In this document: positions 44,798 to 55,003 of the stretch, piece after piece
Position numbering within the stretch: position 1 is the stretch's first letter
Layout of the letters: each line of letters opens with the position of its first letter
DNA from: an uncultured Pedosphaera sp.
Lineage (GTDB): Bacteria; Verrucomicrobiota; Verrucomicrobiia; Limisphaerales; AAA164-E04
Length of the DNA: 64,000 bases
Direction: 5' to 3'
NCBI GenBank assembly: GCA_965214825.1
Contig: OZ243981.1
Coordinates: forward strand, 1,234,567-1,298,566
Notes under the pieces: model-generated
Databases searched by the model: none
Told to the model about the DNA's origin: nothing
Seen by the model: only the letters and a program-made list of their open reading frames with translations
Translations under genes and position numbers: made by a program

Positions 44798-45661
44798 CTA
44801 TAACTTTCCGTTGTCGATGAGTCTGGTTTTGCCGAAGCGGACGGCGAGGGCGATGCGGTTGTTGCGCCGGGCTTGCGGCAACGGCGTCAGGGTCTTGGGA
44901 TGGAAGATTTCGATGTAGTCGAGTTCGGCTTCGGGGGTTTCGTCAATCATATGCGCCAGCCGGCATTTGAGAGCGGCGGCGGGAATGGAATCGGTTTGGC
45001 GGACGATTTGACGGGCGGCGGCGATGCAGCGCCAGAGGATGTTGGCAACCGGGCGTTGCCGTTGGCTGAGGGCGGCATTCCGGGAGCTGAGGGCGAGGCC
45101 GTCTTTTTCCCGAACGGTGGGACTGATCACAAGTTGGACGGGGAACTTCAAGTCGCAGATGAGTTTTTTTACAACGGCGGTTTGTTGGAAATCTTTTTCG
45201 CCAAAGATGGCGTGGGTGGGTTGGACGATGTTCAGGAGGATGGAGACGATGGTGGCGACGCCTCGGAAATGGCCCGGCCGGGATTGGCCTTCCATGAAGC
45301 GGCTGAGCTGTTCCTCGGCGACGAAGGTGCTGTAAGGGACGGCGCCGCCGGGGTAGATTTCTTGCACCGTTCGGGGCAGGAAGAGGGCGTCTGCGCCCGT
45401 GTGCCGGCAGAGGCTGCGATCGGTTTTTTCCGATCGGGGATAGGCGGCGAAGTCTTCGGCGGGCGCGAATTGCGCGGGGTTGACGAAGAGGCTGACGACG
45501 ACTCGTCCGTCCGTCCCGACTTCTTTTCGAGCGCGGGTTATGAGGCTGGCATGGCCTGCATGGAGAGCGCCCATCGTTGGCACCAAGGCGATTTTGCGGC
45601 GGTCTGCCCGCCAAGAGAGAGCTTGCGACTGCATGGAAGAGGCGCGAGCGAATGTTCTCAT
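44798..45661 (-). CDS. panC: Pantoate--beta-alanine ligase
   Basis: 'VPTMGALHAGHASL', 'VSLFVNPAQF' and 'GHFRGVATIV'. The start was set at the internal ATG 45661, because the ORF extension to 46129 has no family counterpart. Confidence 0.88.
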   Translation of the reverse strand: MRTFARASSMQSQALSWRADRRKIALVPTMGALHAGHASLITRARKEVGTDGRVVVSLFVNPAQFAPAEDFAAYPRSEKTDRSLCRHTGADALFLPRTVQEIYPGGAVPYSTFVAEEQLSRFMEGQSRPGHFRGVATIVSILLNIVQPTHAIFGEKDFQQTAVVKKLICDLKFPVQLVISPTVREKDGLALSSRNAALSQRQRPVANILWRCIAAARQIVRQTDSIPAAALKCRLAHMIDETPEAELDYIEIFHPKTLTPLPQARRNNRIALAVRFGKTRLIDNGKL

Positions 45662-45988
45662 TGTAGTTACCGGTTTTTTGTTTTTGCGCATGGAGAGCGC
45701 CCGTGAATTGCCGTTGGCTTCTCTTGCCGTGTCCGCCCTCCCAGCGGCGAGAACTTTATCATGGAGTGGTGAACTTCCCAGCGTAAATTGTTGGCTGTTG
45801 AGAATGGATTCGGGCGAAAATGGCTGCCGCTGCCGGCCGCACGGGCGGTTGGTGCTGGATGAAGCGCGAGAGTGTGGGATGACTCGCCGGGCAGTGGATC
45901 GTCCTGCGGTCGTCCGCGATCTCGCGCGGGTTTGTTTGGGATTGCTTGGCTGGGGTTGTTTGCCTAAGTTGAAGCGGCTCTGGTTGGG

Positions 45989-46870
45989 ATGAAAGTCTAT
46001 ATTGACGGCAAATTTTTTGATCGGGAGAACGCAAAAATTTCGGTGTTCGACCACGGTCTGTTGTATGGCGATGGCGTATTTGAGGGCATTCGTGCTTACA
46101 ACGGGCGCATTTTCCGTTTGCGCGAGCATGTGGAGCGTTTGTTCAAGTCAGCGAAGGCTATATTGTTGCCGGTGCCGGTTTCGGTTGAGGGGATGTGCGA
46201 GATTGTCCGGCTGACTTGCGCTGAAAACAACATCGAGGACGGCTATGTTCGGCTGCTGGTAACTCGCGGTGAAGGCAGCCTCGGCCTAGATACGAAGAGT
46301 TGCCCGCGCTCTTCGATCATTGCCATTGCCAGCGGGATTCAGCTCTATCCTCCAGAGTATTACGAAAAAGGGTTGCGCATCGTTACTGCTTCCACAGTGC
46401 GCAACTTGCAAAACGCGCTCAACCCGGCGATCAAGTCGCTCAATTACTTGAACAATGTTCTGGCTAAGATCGAGGCCGATATCGCCGGATGCGAGGAGGC
46501 GATTTTGTTGAATGCCGAGGGCTTTGTGGCCGAGTGCACCGGGGACAATTTGTTCATCGTGAGCGGCGGGAAACTGTGCACGCCGCCATTGGCTGCGGGC
46601 GCCCTCTATGGCATCACGCGGGCGGTGGCGATGGATTTGGCCCGGGCGGCAGGCTTAGAAGTGGCGGAGATGAACCTCTCGCGTTATGATGTCTTTGTGG
46701 CGGATGAATGCTTTTTGACGGGAACCGGGGCGGAGATTGTGCCAGTTGTCGAAGTGGACCAGCGGGTGATTGGGGCGGGAGCTCCCGGCCCGGTGACTCG
46801 GAAGCTGGTGGCCGCCTATCACGATTTAACGCGTTCGACTGGCGATCCGATCGCGACAAAGAAACAATAA
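45989..46870 (+). CDS. ilvE: Branched-chain amino acid aminotransferase (fold type IV)
   Basis: 'DHGLLYGDGVFEGIRAY', 'VRLLVTRG', 'IKSLNYLNNVLAK' and 'CFLTGTGAEIVPV'. Confidence 0.85.
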   Translation: MKVYIDGKFFDRENAKISVFDHGLLYGDGVFEGIRAYNGRIFRLREHVERLFKSAKAILLPVPVSVEGMCEIVRLTCAENNIEDGYVRLLVTRGEGSLGLDTKSCPRSSIIAIASGIQLYPPEYYEKGLRIVTASTVRNLQNALNPAIKSLNYLNNVLAKIEADIAGCEEAILLNAEGFVAECTGDNLFIVSGGKLCTPPLAAGALYGITRAVAMDLARAAGLEVAEMNLSRYDVFVADECFLTGTGAEIVPVVEVDQRVIGAGAPGPVTRKLVAAYHDLTRSTGDPIATKKQ

Positions 46871-46918
46871 ACCTGCGACCGGTGGTTCTCTTTTGCGGAG
46901 GCGCCGGCAACTGAGAGA

Positions 46919-47473
46919 GTGTCTATGCTTTGCTATGTTTGTGGAAAGAATGAAGCCAATTGGCATTTGTCGCAGATCGTGGGTGGCAAGATGACAAAGG
47001 TGGACCTTTGCGAAGCCTGCGTCAAAGAAAAGGGCGTCAACGATTCCCCCACGAATCTGATATCGAAGGTGTTGAAGAGCGAAAGCAAGGCTGCTTCCGA
47101 CGAGAAGAAAGCCGCCGCCCCGGCCGCAACCGGCAAGACCGTCCAATGCAGCTTTTGCGGCTGCACACAGGCCAATTTCAAAAAAACCGGGCGTCTAGGC
47201 TGCGCCCGCTGTTACGAAACCTTCGAAGCGGTGTTGCGGCAAGTCTTCAAAGCGATGCATCGCGGAGTGCGCCACACCGGCAAAGTGCCGCGAAAACTCA
47301 GAAACAGCCAAGAGTTGCAAGACCGTTCGCGCGAGCTGCAGGATCGTCTGAACCGGGCGGTGAAGCGCGAACAGTTCGAGGAAGCTGCCGTTCTGCGGGA
47401 TCAGTTGAAGCTGGTTCACCAAGAAATCCGCAAACTCTCTTTGCCGCCAAGGAGCGCTGATGAAACTGATTGA
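46919..47473 (+). CDS. mcsA: McsA-like protein arginine kinase activator (UvrB/UvrC-motif protein)
   Basis: N-terminal Cys pairs 'CYVCG...CEAC' and 'CSFCG...CARC', plus the C-terminal UVR motif 'FEEAAVLRDQLK'. Confidence 0.75.
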   Translation: MSMLCYVCGKNEANWHLSQIVGGKMTKVDLCEACVKEKGVNDSPTNLISKVLKSESKAASDEKKAAAPAATGKTVQCSFCGCTQANFKKTGRLGCARCYETFEAVLRQVFKAMHRGVRHTGKVPRKLRNSQELQDRSRELQDRLNRAVKREQFEEAAVLRDQLKLVHQEIRKLSLPPRSADETD

Positions 47474-48527
47474 TTTCTTAAAGCCGCCGGACGCTTCCGG
47501 CAAACAAAGCGGGCCTCTGGACAAAATCATCCTGACAAGCCGGGTGCGTTTGGCGCGGAACCTCGATTCGATGCCCTTTCCCGGCCGCTCCAAAAGAGCG
47601 CAGCGCGTGCAAGCCTTGGAAATCCTGCTCCCGGCGGTGTCGAGTCTGGCGCCCATGAAGAACGGCGCCCATGAGGGTATGGGCAAATTGACCGCGCTCG
47701 AAAAGCAGATTTTGGTGGAGCGCCACTTGATTAGCCGGGAACACGCCGCCCGCGGCCTCGGAAGCGCCGTGGTGCTGAGCGGCGACAAAAAGATTAGTGT
47801 CATGATCAACGAGGAAGACCACCTGCGCATGCAAGTCATCCTGCCCGGCCTTCAGGTGAAGGAGGCCTGGAAGCGGATCGACGCCTTCGATTCCCTACTG
47901 GAGGAGCAAGTGCCTTACGCCTATTCCTCCCGATACGGCTACCTCACCGCATGCCCGACCAATCTGGGAACCGGGATTCGCGTCAGCGCGATGCTGCATT
48001 TGCCGGGTTTGGTTTTGGCCGAGGCCATCAACCAGGTAATTACCGCGGCCAACCAGTTGGGGCTGGCCGTGCGCGGCCTTTACGGCGAAGGTACCGAGGC
48101 TTTGGGGAATGTCTTTCAGGTTTCCAACCAGATGACTCTCGGCGAGTCCGAAGCTGAAATTGTCGAAAAACTCAACAAAGCCGTGCTGCAAATTGTGGAG
48201 AAAGAGGAAAACGCCCGCCAAAAGCTGCGCGAAACCAGCGCGAAAATGCTTTGGGACCGCATCGGGCGGGCCTATGGCATCCTTTCATATGCCCACAGCA
48301 TCACCTCGAAGGAAACCAAAAACCATCTATCTATGCTGCGGCTCGGCGTGGACCTGAACTTATTCCCCGCCAAACACCGGGCGTTGGCGGACGAGCTGGC
48401 CATCGTAACCGAGCCGGCGCACATTCAAAAACGGGCGGCAGGCAAGAAGAGCGCCAGCGAACGTGATAACCTGCGGGCGAAACTCCTCCGTGAACGCTTG
48501 GCAGCGGTTGAACCGCCCCTTGCTTGA
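47460..48527 (+). CDS. mcsB: Protein arginine kinase McsB (ATP:guanido phosphotransferase)
   Basis: 'SRVRLARNL', 'INEEDHLRMQV', 'CPTNLGTGIRVS' and 'VRGLYGEG'. It overlaps mcsA by 14 nt. Confidence 0.85.
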   Translation: MKLIDFLKPPDASGKQSGPLDKIILTSRVRLARNLDSMPFPGRSKRAQRVQALEILLPAVSSLAPMKNGAHEGMGKLTALEKQILVERHLISREHAARGLGSAVVLSGDKKISVMINEEDHLRMQVILPGLQVKEAWKRIDAFDSLLEEQVPYAYSSRYGYLTACPTNLGTGIRVSAMLHLPGLVLAEAINQVITAANQLGLAVRGLYGEGTEALGNVFQVSNQMTLGESEAEIVEKLNKAVLQIVEKEENARQKLRETSAKMLWDRIGRAYGILSYAHSITSKETKNHLSMLRLGVDLNLFPAKHRALADELAIVTEPAHIQKRAAGKKSASERDNLRAKLLRERLAAVEPPLA

Positions 48528-48542
48528 TTTGCGGCGGGAAGG

Positions 48543-49511
48543 TCAGAATTCAGCGGAATCGAAAAGCGCTTTGGTGCCGATGGGCGCTTCCGCCGGCGGG
48601 TTGGGGTTCAGCAACTGTTTTAGGTAAGCGGCTGCGCTGTCGAAAGTGGTGATCGATCGGGGTAGGGCAGCACCGGCGGCGTTGGGATGGCCGCCGCCTT
48701 GCAAGGTTTTGGCGATGGCCAGCGCTTCTCCATTTTGGCTTCGAATGCTCAACGTTACCGGGCCGCCGGGTTTTTTGAACAGAGCAAAGAGGGCAGTGTA
48801 GGGTGTGTTCCGGCTTTCCAAAAGGTGGTGGAGAATGTAGTTGGTATCGCCAATGGCGGTGGTGGCATAGCCGATTTCGGGCGTGATCGCGAGGATGCGA
48901 TCCCGGCTCCAGTCGAGCCCGATCGGGTCTTCTATCCGGCGCTTCAAAGCCATGATTTCCAAAAGCGGATGATCCAGCAAACTCTCCAGGCGATGGCCAA
49001 TGAGACGGTAGAGCGGGCGGAAGTGGTAGGTTTTGACGAGGCGGGCGTATTCTGATGCCAGGCCGAATTCGGCGTGATTGCTCAGGTAGAGGTCAGCAAT
49101 GTTGGTCAACTCCACCAGGCGGCTCAGTTTTTCGTTGCCGCTGCGGTGTTGTGCCAGCAGGCTGTAGCAGAGTTTGGCGGCGGAGTGGTTCAGGTTGTGA
49201 ATCAGGGCGGCGGCCTTCGGTTTGTGTTCGTTGACGTGATGGTCGATGATCACCCAGTCGGCTCGGTCGATTTTGGGGTCGAAGGATAAGTCGCTGACCC
49301 AAGCGCGGTTGGGGAATCGTTTGAGCGTTGTCCAGGGACTGGAGGAGAGGGGTTCTAGTGGCACTTCGCAATCGAAAAGGGTTTTGGCCAAACGTTGTAA
49401 AAGGCAGCCGGCAACAAAGCCGTCCAGGTCGCTTTCGTGAGTGAAAATAATGTCGGGCAGTGGCAGGGGGGGCATGTCGAATTGGCAAGGCGCGGGAGAA
49501 GTCTCAATCAT
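48543..49511 (-). CDS. DHH-family phosphoesterase
   Basis: 'HESDLDG', 'IIDHHVN' (DHH) and 'GGGHPNAAG' (DHHA1). The start was set at ATG 49511. Confidence 0.75.
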   Translation of the reverse strand: MIETSPAPCQFDMPPLPLPDIIFTHESDLDGFVAGCLLQRLAKTLFDCEVPLEPLSSSPWTTLKRFPNRAWVSDLSFDPKIDRADWVIIDHHVNEHKPKAAALIHNLNHSAAKLCYSLLAQHRSGNEKLSRLVELTNIADLYLSNHAEFGLASEYARLVKTYHFRPLYRLIGHRLESLLDHPLLEIMALKRRIEDPIGLDWSRDRILAITPEIGYATTAIGDTNYILHHLLESRNTPYTALFALFKKPGGPVTLSIRSQNGEALAIAKTLQGGGHPNAAGAALPRSITTFDSAAAYLKQLLNPNPPAEAPIGTKALFDSAEF

Positions 49512-49804
49512 GTTGTTTTGTTGCCGGCGGCAAGGCCGGATGAAACTGTTGCAGAATCTAAAATGAAGGGACAGACTGCTGTTGCGGAAGCCGTGCGGCA
49601 AGAGGAATCCCGCAAATGGCGCCCGCGGCCGCGCCGCCACAGAAAATTGTTTTTTTGGCGCATTGCGTCTGGATTTTTGCGTGGAAACGTTGTAGGAAGA
49701 AGGCGGAGACTAAAGGCTGGAGGGGAAGGGAGAGTTGTCGGGCGGTTCCGTTTGCGGAGCTTTTTGAAGAACAGCGGTGGTTTTATGGGCGAAGAGGTTC
49801 AGTT

Positions 49805-52297
49805 ATGAGCGAAGATGCTTTCAATAATTTTACGCCTCGGGCGCAGCAGGTGTTGGCGCTGGCGAGGAAAGAGGCGGACCGATTCAATCACACATATGTG
49901 GGGACGGAACACTTGCTGCTCGGATTGATCAAGCTCGGGCAGGGAGTCGCGGTGAATGTCCTCCAGAAGATGGGGTTGGAGCTCGAGGCCGTCCGCTCGG
50001 AAGTCGAAAAACATGTGCCCAGCGGGCCGGATCAAAAAGTCGTCGGCACTATCCCATACACGCCTCGGGTCAAAAAAGTTCTGAACCTGGCGTCCAAGGA
50101 AGCCAGACAACTGGCGCACACATATGTGGGAACGGAACACATCCTGTTGGGACTTTTGCGCGAAGGCGACGGCGTGGCGGCGCGAGTGTTGAAAACGTTG
50201 GACATTGACATCGAGCAGACGCGCCAGGAAATTTTGAAAGAGCTCGATCCGAACTTTCAAGAAGGGGATGAGTTTGCTGGGGCGGAGATGGTGGAAAAGA
50301 CCGGCGACAAAAAGAACGATGTCAAAACGCCGGCCTTGCGGGCCTTTGGCCGGGATTTGACGGAGATCGCCCGCAAAGAGGAGATGGACCCCGTCATCGG
50401 ACGCAAAGACGAAATCGAGCGCGTCATCCAAATTTTGTGCCGGCGGACGAAGAACAACCCGGTGCTTTTGGGAGAGGCGGGCGTGGGCAAGACCGCCATT
50501 GTCGAAGGCTTGGCCCAAGAAATTGCCCGCGGCAACGTGCCGGAAATTTTGCGAGACAAACGGGTCGTCACTCTGGACCTCGCCCTGATGGTGGCGGGCA
50601 CAAAATACCGCGGCCAGTTCGAAGAGCGAATCAAAGCTGTGATGGACGAAATCCGGCGCTCCAAAAATATCATCCTCTTCATCGACGAACTCCACACTAT
50701 CGTCGGCGCCGGCTCGGCCGAAGGCACCATGGACGCCTCCAACATTATCAAGCCGGCGCTCAGCCGGGGCGAAATGCAATGCGTCGGCGCCACCACCTTG
50801 GACGAATACCGCAAATACATCGAGCGCGACGCGGCCCTTGAACGGCGCTTTCAATCGATCAAAGTGGAAGCCCCCTCCATCGAAGACGCCGTGCTCATCC
50901 TCAAAGGCGTGCGCTCCAAGTACGAAGAACACCACAAAATCTCCCTCACCGATGCCGCCCTTGACGCCGCCGTGAAACTCTCTGACCGTTACATCACCGG
51001 GCGTTACCTCCCCGACAAAGCCATCGATGTCATGGACGAAGCCGGCGCCGGCGCCCGCATCAAATCCCTGACCCGCCCGCCGGATGTCAAAAGTTTGGAA
51101 AGCGAGATCGGCAAAATCAAATCCAAAAAAGAAAAAGCGATCAAAGAACAGGATTTCGAACTCGCCGCTTCCATGAGAGACCAGGAAAAACAGGCGAAAG
51201 AAAAACTCGAAACCATCTTGAACACCTGGAAAGCCACCCAGGAAGCGCAGCGCATAGTGGTTGACGAGGACGACATCCTGAGTGTCGTCGCCAAGTGGAC
51301 GGGCATCCCGTTGAAACGCATGGAACAAGGGGAGGCACAACGTCTGCTTGACATGGAGGCGGAACTCTCCCGAACCGTCGTGGGGCAGAAAGAGGCCGTC
51401 TCGTCCCTGTGCAAGGCGCTGCGCCGCTCCCGCGCTGATTTGAAAGACCCTTGCCGGCCGATCGGCGCCTTCACTCTGCTGGGCCCCACCGGAGTCGGCA
51501 AAACCCTTCTCGCCAAAACAATCGCCGTCAACATGTTCGGCAATCAAAAATCCCTCATCCATCTCGACATGGGCGAATACATGGAGAAGTTCACCGTCTC
51601 GCGCCTGATTGGATCGCCGCCGGGCTATGTCGGCTACGAAGAAGGCGGCCAGCTCACCGAACAAGTCCGCCGGCAACCCTATTCCGTTGTGCTGTTCGAC
51701 GAAATCGAAAAAGCGCACCCCGACGTCACCAACATGCTCCTGCAAATACTCGAAGAAGGTAAGTTGACAGACAACCTCGGACGGACGGTAGACTTCCGCA
51801 ACACAATCGTCCTCATGACCTCGAATGTCGGCGCCAAGCTGGCTGCAAACAACGAAATCATCGGCTTCACTCAGGGCGGCGAGGAAACGGATTACAACGT
51901 CATGCGGAGCCGCATCCTCGACGAGGCAAAGCGCATCTTCAAACCCGAATTCTTAAATCGTTTGGATGACTTGATCGTGTTCCGCTCGCTGAACAAGGCC
52001 AATTTGATCGACATCTTGACCCTGGAAGTCGAGAAAGTCCTGGAGCGGCTCCGCAAGCGGGAGATGGAATTGTTGCTGGACGACAGCGCCAAAAACTTCT
52101 TGGTCGAAAAAGGATACGATCCCAGCTACGGCGCTAGACCCATGCGCCGCGCCGTCGAGCGTTACCTGGAAGACCCCCTCGCCGAAGAAATCCTAAAAGG
52201 GAACTTGAGTGGCAACGTTCCCATCCGGGTAGTTGCCGATGGAGACCATCTGTCCTTCGTCCAGACAACTGCTGCCGGCGAAACTGTCTCCGGCTAA
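49805..52297 (+). CDS. clpC: ATP-dependent Clp protease ATP-binding subunit ClpC
   Basis: Duplicated Clp-N repeats (FTPRAQQVL..., YTPRVKKVL...), two AAA+ modules ('[15 protein letters not shown]' and '[13 protein letters not shown]') and the UVR-like linker '[12 protein letters not shown]'. ATG at 49805. Confidence 0.92.
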   Translation: MSEDAFNNFTPRAQQVLALARKEADRFNHTYVGTEHLLLGLIKLGQGVAVNVLQKMGLELEAVRSEVEKHVPSGPDQKVVGTIPYTPRVKKVLNLASKEARQLAHTYVGTEHILLGLLREGDGVAARVLKTLDIDIEQTRQEILKELDPNFQEGDEFAGAEMVEKTGDKKNDVKTPALRAFGRDLTEIARKEEMDPVIGRKDEIERVIQILCRRTKNNPVLLGEAGVGKTAIVEGLAQEIARGNVPEILRDKRVVTLDLALMVAGTKYRGQFEERIKAVMDEIRRSKNIILFIDELHTIVGAGSAEGTMDASNIIKPALSRGEMQCVGATTLDEYRKYIERDAALERRFQSIKVEAPSIEDAVLILKGVRSKYEEHHKISLTDAALDAAVKLSDRYITGRYLPDKAIDVMDEAGAGARIKSLTRPPDVKSLESEIGKIKSKKEKAIKEQDFELAASMRDQEKQAKEKLETILNTWKATQEAQRIVVDEDDILSVVAKWTGIPLKRMEQGEAQRLLDMEAELSRTVVGQKEAVSSLCKALRRSRADLKDPCRPIGAFTLLGPTGVGKTLLAKTIAVNMFGNQKSLIHLDMGEYMEKFTVSRLIGSPPGYVGYEEGGQLTEQVRRQPYSVVLFDEIEKAHPDVTNMLLQILEEGKLTDNLGRTVDFRNTIVLMTSNVGAKLAANNEIIGFTQGGEETDYNVMRSRILDEAKRIFKPEFLNRLDDLIVFRSLNKANLIDILTLEVEKVLERLRKREMELLLDDSAKNFLVEKGYDPSYGARPMRRAVERYLEDPLAEEILKGNLSGNVPIRVVADGDHLSFVQTTAAGETVSG

Positions 52298-52320
52298 CCG
52301 ACCAATCGCCGGCAACCGCC

Positions 52321-53370
52321 TCAATCCGCAATCGAAAACCGGTGAATCGTGGTCTGGGCGTATTCTTGTCCCGGACGCAAAATCGTTGATGGAAACTGCG
52401 GATGATTTGGAGAATCCGGGAAATGCTGACATTCCAAACAGAACCCGCTGTGCGTTCGGTAGGGCGTGCCTGATTTTCCGGTGATGGAACCATCGAGGGA
52501 ATTGCCGGTGTAAAATTGAATTGCCGGCTCGGTGGTAAGGATGTCCAGCCGGCGCCCGGATGCCGGATGAATCACCGTGGCTGCCAGATCCAACACACCG
52601 AATTCCGATTTGTTCAGGACGAAATTGTGATCGTATCCGGGAGGGTTGCCGCCGACATTGTTCATGTCCGCGCCGATGGTTTTCGGCTGGCGAAAGTCCA
52701 GCGGCGTCCCTGCCACGGATCGAATCTCGCCGGTGGGGATCAGCCGTTCATCGGTCGGGGTGTAATGGCCGGCACGGATGGCCAGAACATGATCGCCGAT
52801 AAAACCGCCGTCTTCGCCTCCGAGATGCCAATACGCATGATTGGTGAGGTTCAGAGGAGTGGGTTGATCGCTGAAGGCGCGGTAATCCATTCGCAGTTCG
52901 TTGGCCTCGGTGAGCGAATAGACAAGTTCCGTTTGCACTTCCCCTGGATAGCCTTCTTCGCCGTCCGAGCTGGTATAGCGCAATGTGAGGCCGCTGGTCG
53001 ACGCCGTCTCGAAGGGGACGGCGTCCCAAAGCTGCTTGCTGAAGCCCGCAATGCCGCCGTGCAGATGATGGGGGCCGTGATTGGCGGCGAGCGTGTGGCG
53101 CCGTCCGTTGAGGTGGAATTGGCCGTTTGCAAGTCGGTTGGCGTAACGGCCGATGACGACGCCGAAACTTGGAGCATTCTCCAAGTAGCCCGCGAAATCG
53201 CCGAAACCCAAAGTAACATCGGCCAAACGGCCGTTTCGGTCCGGCACATGCGCCTCAATCACTGCCGCGCCGAAATTGGTGATTTTGACCGTCAGACCGT
53301 TGGCATTCCGCAGCGTGTAGAGATTTGCCCGCCCGCCGGATTTGATATTTCCCCATGCCGTGATTTCCAT
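52321..53370 (-). CDS. galM: Aldose 1-epimerase (galactose mutarotase)
   Basis: 'GRYANRLANGQF', 'NHGPHHLHGG', 'LTNHAYW', 'YDHNFVL' and 'GFCLECQHFPD'. The start was set at ATG 53370. Confidence 0.8.
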   Translation of the reverse strand: MEITAWGNIKSGGRANLYTLRNANGLTVKITNFGAAVIEAHVPDRNGRLADVTLGFGDFAGYLENAPSFGVVIGRYANRLANGQFHLNGRRHTLAANHGPHHLHGGIAGFSKQLWDAVPFETASTSGLTLRYTSSDGEEGYPGEVQTELVYSLTEANELRMDYRAFSDQPTPLNLTNHAYWHLGGEDGGFIGDHVLAIRAGHYTPTDERLIPTGEIRSVAGTPLDFRQPKTIGADMNNVGGNPPGYDHNFVLNKSEFGVLDLAATVIHPASGRRLDILTTEPAIQFYTGNSLDGSITGKSGTPYRTHSGFCLECQHFPDSPNHPQFPSTILRPGQEYAQTTIHRFSIAD

Positions 53371-53446
53371 CAAACAATCTCTCGCAGAATGAACTACCCC
53401 TCCCGCAATGTCAACCGAAGGCACAGGTTCCGCCCGGCTGGTGAAG

Positions 53447-54097
53447 TTATGCGGAAAATGTTTGCGCACGGACAAACCCATCTTCTAAGCGAAAATGACA
53501 GTCGCCCAGCCGTCGAGCTTCCTGCCGGCTGTGGGTGATGTGCAGGACGGTCACACGGGTTTGCCGGTGAATCTCCTCCAGCAGCGCGCACATCTCCGCG
53601 TGCAAATCTTCATCCAACGCACTGAGCGGTTCGTCCAAAAGAAGAACAGCAGGCTTGCTCGCCAAAGCTCTGCCAACGGCCACCCGCTGAGCTTCCCCTC
53701 CGCTGAGGCCGTCGGGCCGGCGATCCAACAGCCGGTCCACGCCTGTAAGAACAGCCAACTCCTCCACCCGGGCGGCAATCAACGGCGCTGGCAACCGACG
53801 AATCACCAAAGAAAACGCCAATTGATCGCGAACACAAAGCATGGGAAAAAGCGCGCGGTCTTGAGGCACATAACCCACGCCCCGCTCCGCCGGCTTCCGC
53901 TCAGTAACATCCCGACCCGACAATCGAATCCGGCCGGCCTCAATCGGGCGCAACCCGCAAATCGCTTCCAGCAATGTCGTCTTGCCGCAACCGCTCCGGC
54001 CCATGAGAACAGCATATTGCCCGGACTCCACCCGAAAATCGAACCCCTCAAGACAAAACGCCCCCTGCTGGATTTTGAGCTTCTGCACTTCAATCAT
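53447..54097 (-). CDS. ABC transporter ATP-binding protein (ModC-like)
   Basis: 'GRSGCGKTTLL', 'LSGGEAQRVAVGRAL' and 'LLLDEPLSALD'. The start overlaps the permease stop (ATGA). Confidence 0.8.
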   Translation of the reverse strand: MIEVQKLKIQQGAFCLEGFDFRVESGQYAVLMGRSGCGKTTLLEAICGLRPIEAGRIRLSGRDVTERKPAERGVGYVPQDRALFPMLCVRDQLAFSLVIRRLPAPLIAARVEELAVLTGVDRLLDRRPDGLSGGEAQRVAVGRALASKPAVLLLDEPLSALDEDLHAEMCALLEEIHRQTRVTVLHITHSRQEARRLGDCHFRLEDGFVRAQTFSA

Positions 54098-54999
54098 ATA
54101 TTTAACCGCTGCCGCCCCGCCAAACGAGCAATTCCCAACGCCACCGCTGCTGCCGCAACCATAATCAGAGAAACAGCAAGCATCCCCTTCAAATTGCCTG
54201 CCTGAAGCTCCAAATAAACTGAAGTCGAAAGAACTTCCGTGCGCAACCGCGTAGAGCCGGCAAAAACCAAAATCGGACCAAACTCCCCTAAAGAACGCGC
54301 CCACGCCAAAGTGCCAGCCGCCCAAAGCCCGCCCTTGGCCTGCGGCAAAACAACCGCCCAAAACGCCTGCCGCCGGCTGCAACCCAAAGTCATCGCCACC
54401 TCTTCAAACCGGATGGGAATCTGATCAAACGCAACACGCATCATTCGAACCGCAAAAGCAGCTGCCACCGTAAATTGGGCGATAATAACCGCAGGAACCT
54501 CGAAAACAACCGCCGAACTAAACCAAGCGAAAGGTGGAAGATTGAACAAAACCAACAAACTAACCCCAACAACAAGCGGCGGCAAAACAATCGGAACATC
54601 CAAAACAACATCAATAAAACCCTTCCCTCGAAATTGAAAACGAGACATCAAATAACCAATGGGCACAGACACCCAAAGAGACAACACAGCCGAGATGCTA
54701 CAACTCGCCAAACTCAAAAGAATCGAAAACCGAATTTCCTTGCTGCCAAACGCCGCCAGCAAAGACTCGCGATCCGTATAAATAACATCGGCCAAAAGCA
54801 TAAGCGCAATCACCGCAATATAAGCGCCCCCAAGCACAACCAAACAAGCGAGAAAAGGTTTGTCAGAAGGGACGCTTGGAACCTGCGCCAACGCCTCGTC
54901 AAAATCGGAAGCCCTCGCCCCTCTTTTCCCCGAAGGAGGCGCCCCAGTAGCGCCCGCGTTCTCGGATACACTAGATAGAGACTGGCGCGGCAGTTGCAC
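54094..54999 (-). CDS. ABC transporter permease (ModB/CysT-like); start uncertain
   Basis: Multi-TM protein with an EAA-like loop 'LGCSRRQAFWAVVLPQAKGG'. The first start not overlapping the res gene is GTG 54999. An ATG at 55071 would overlap res by 68 nt. Confidence 0.7.
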   Translation of the reverse strand: MQLPRQSLSSVSENAGATGAPPSGKRGARASDFDEALAQVPSVPSDKPFLACLVVLGGAYIAVIALMLLADVIYTDRESLLAAFGSKEIRFSILLSLASCSISAVLSLWVSVPIGYLMSRFQFRGKGFIDVVLDVPIVLPPLVVGVSLLVLFNLPPFAWFSSAVVFEVPAVIIAQFTVAAAFAVRMMRVAFDQIPIRFEEVAMTLGCSRRQAFWAVVLPQAKGGLWAAGTLAWARSLGEFGPILVFAGSTRLRTEVLSTSVYLELQAGNLKGMLAVSLIMVAAAAVALGIARLAGRQRLNI

Positions 55000-55003
55000 G
55001 AAC

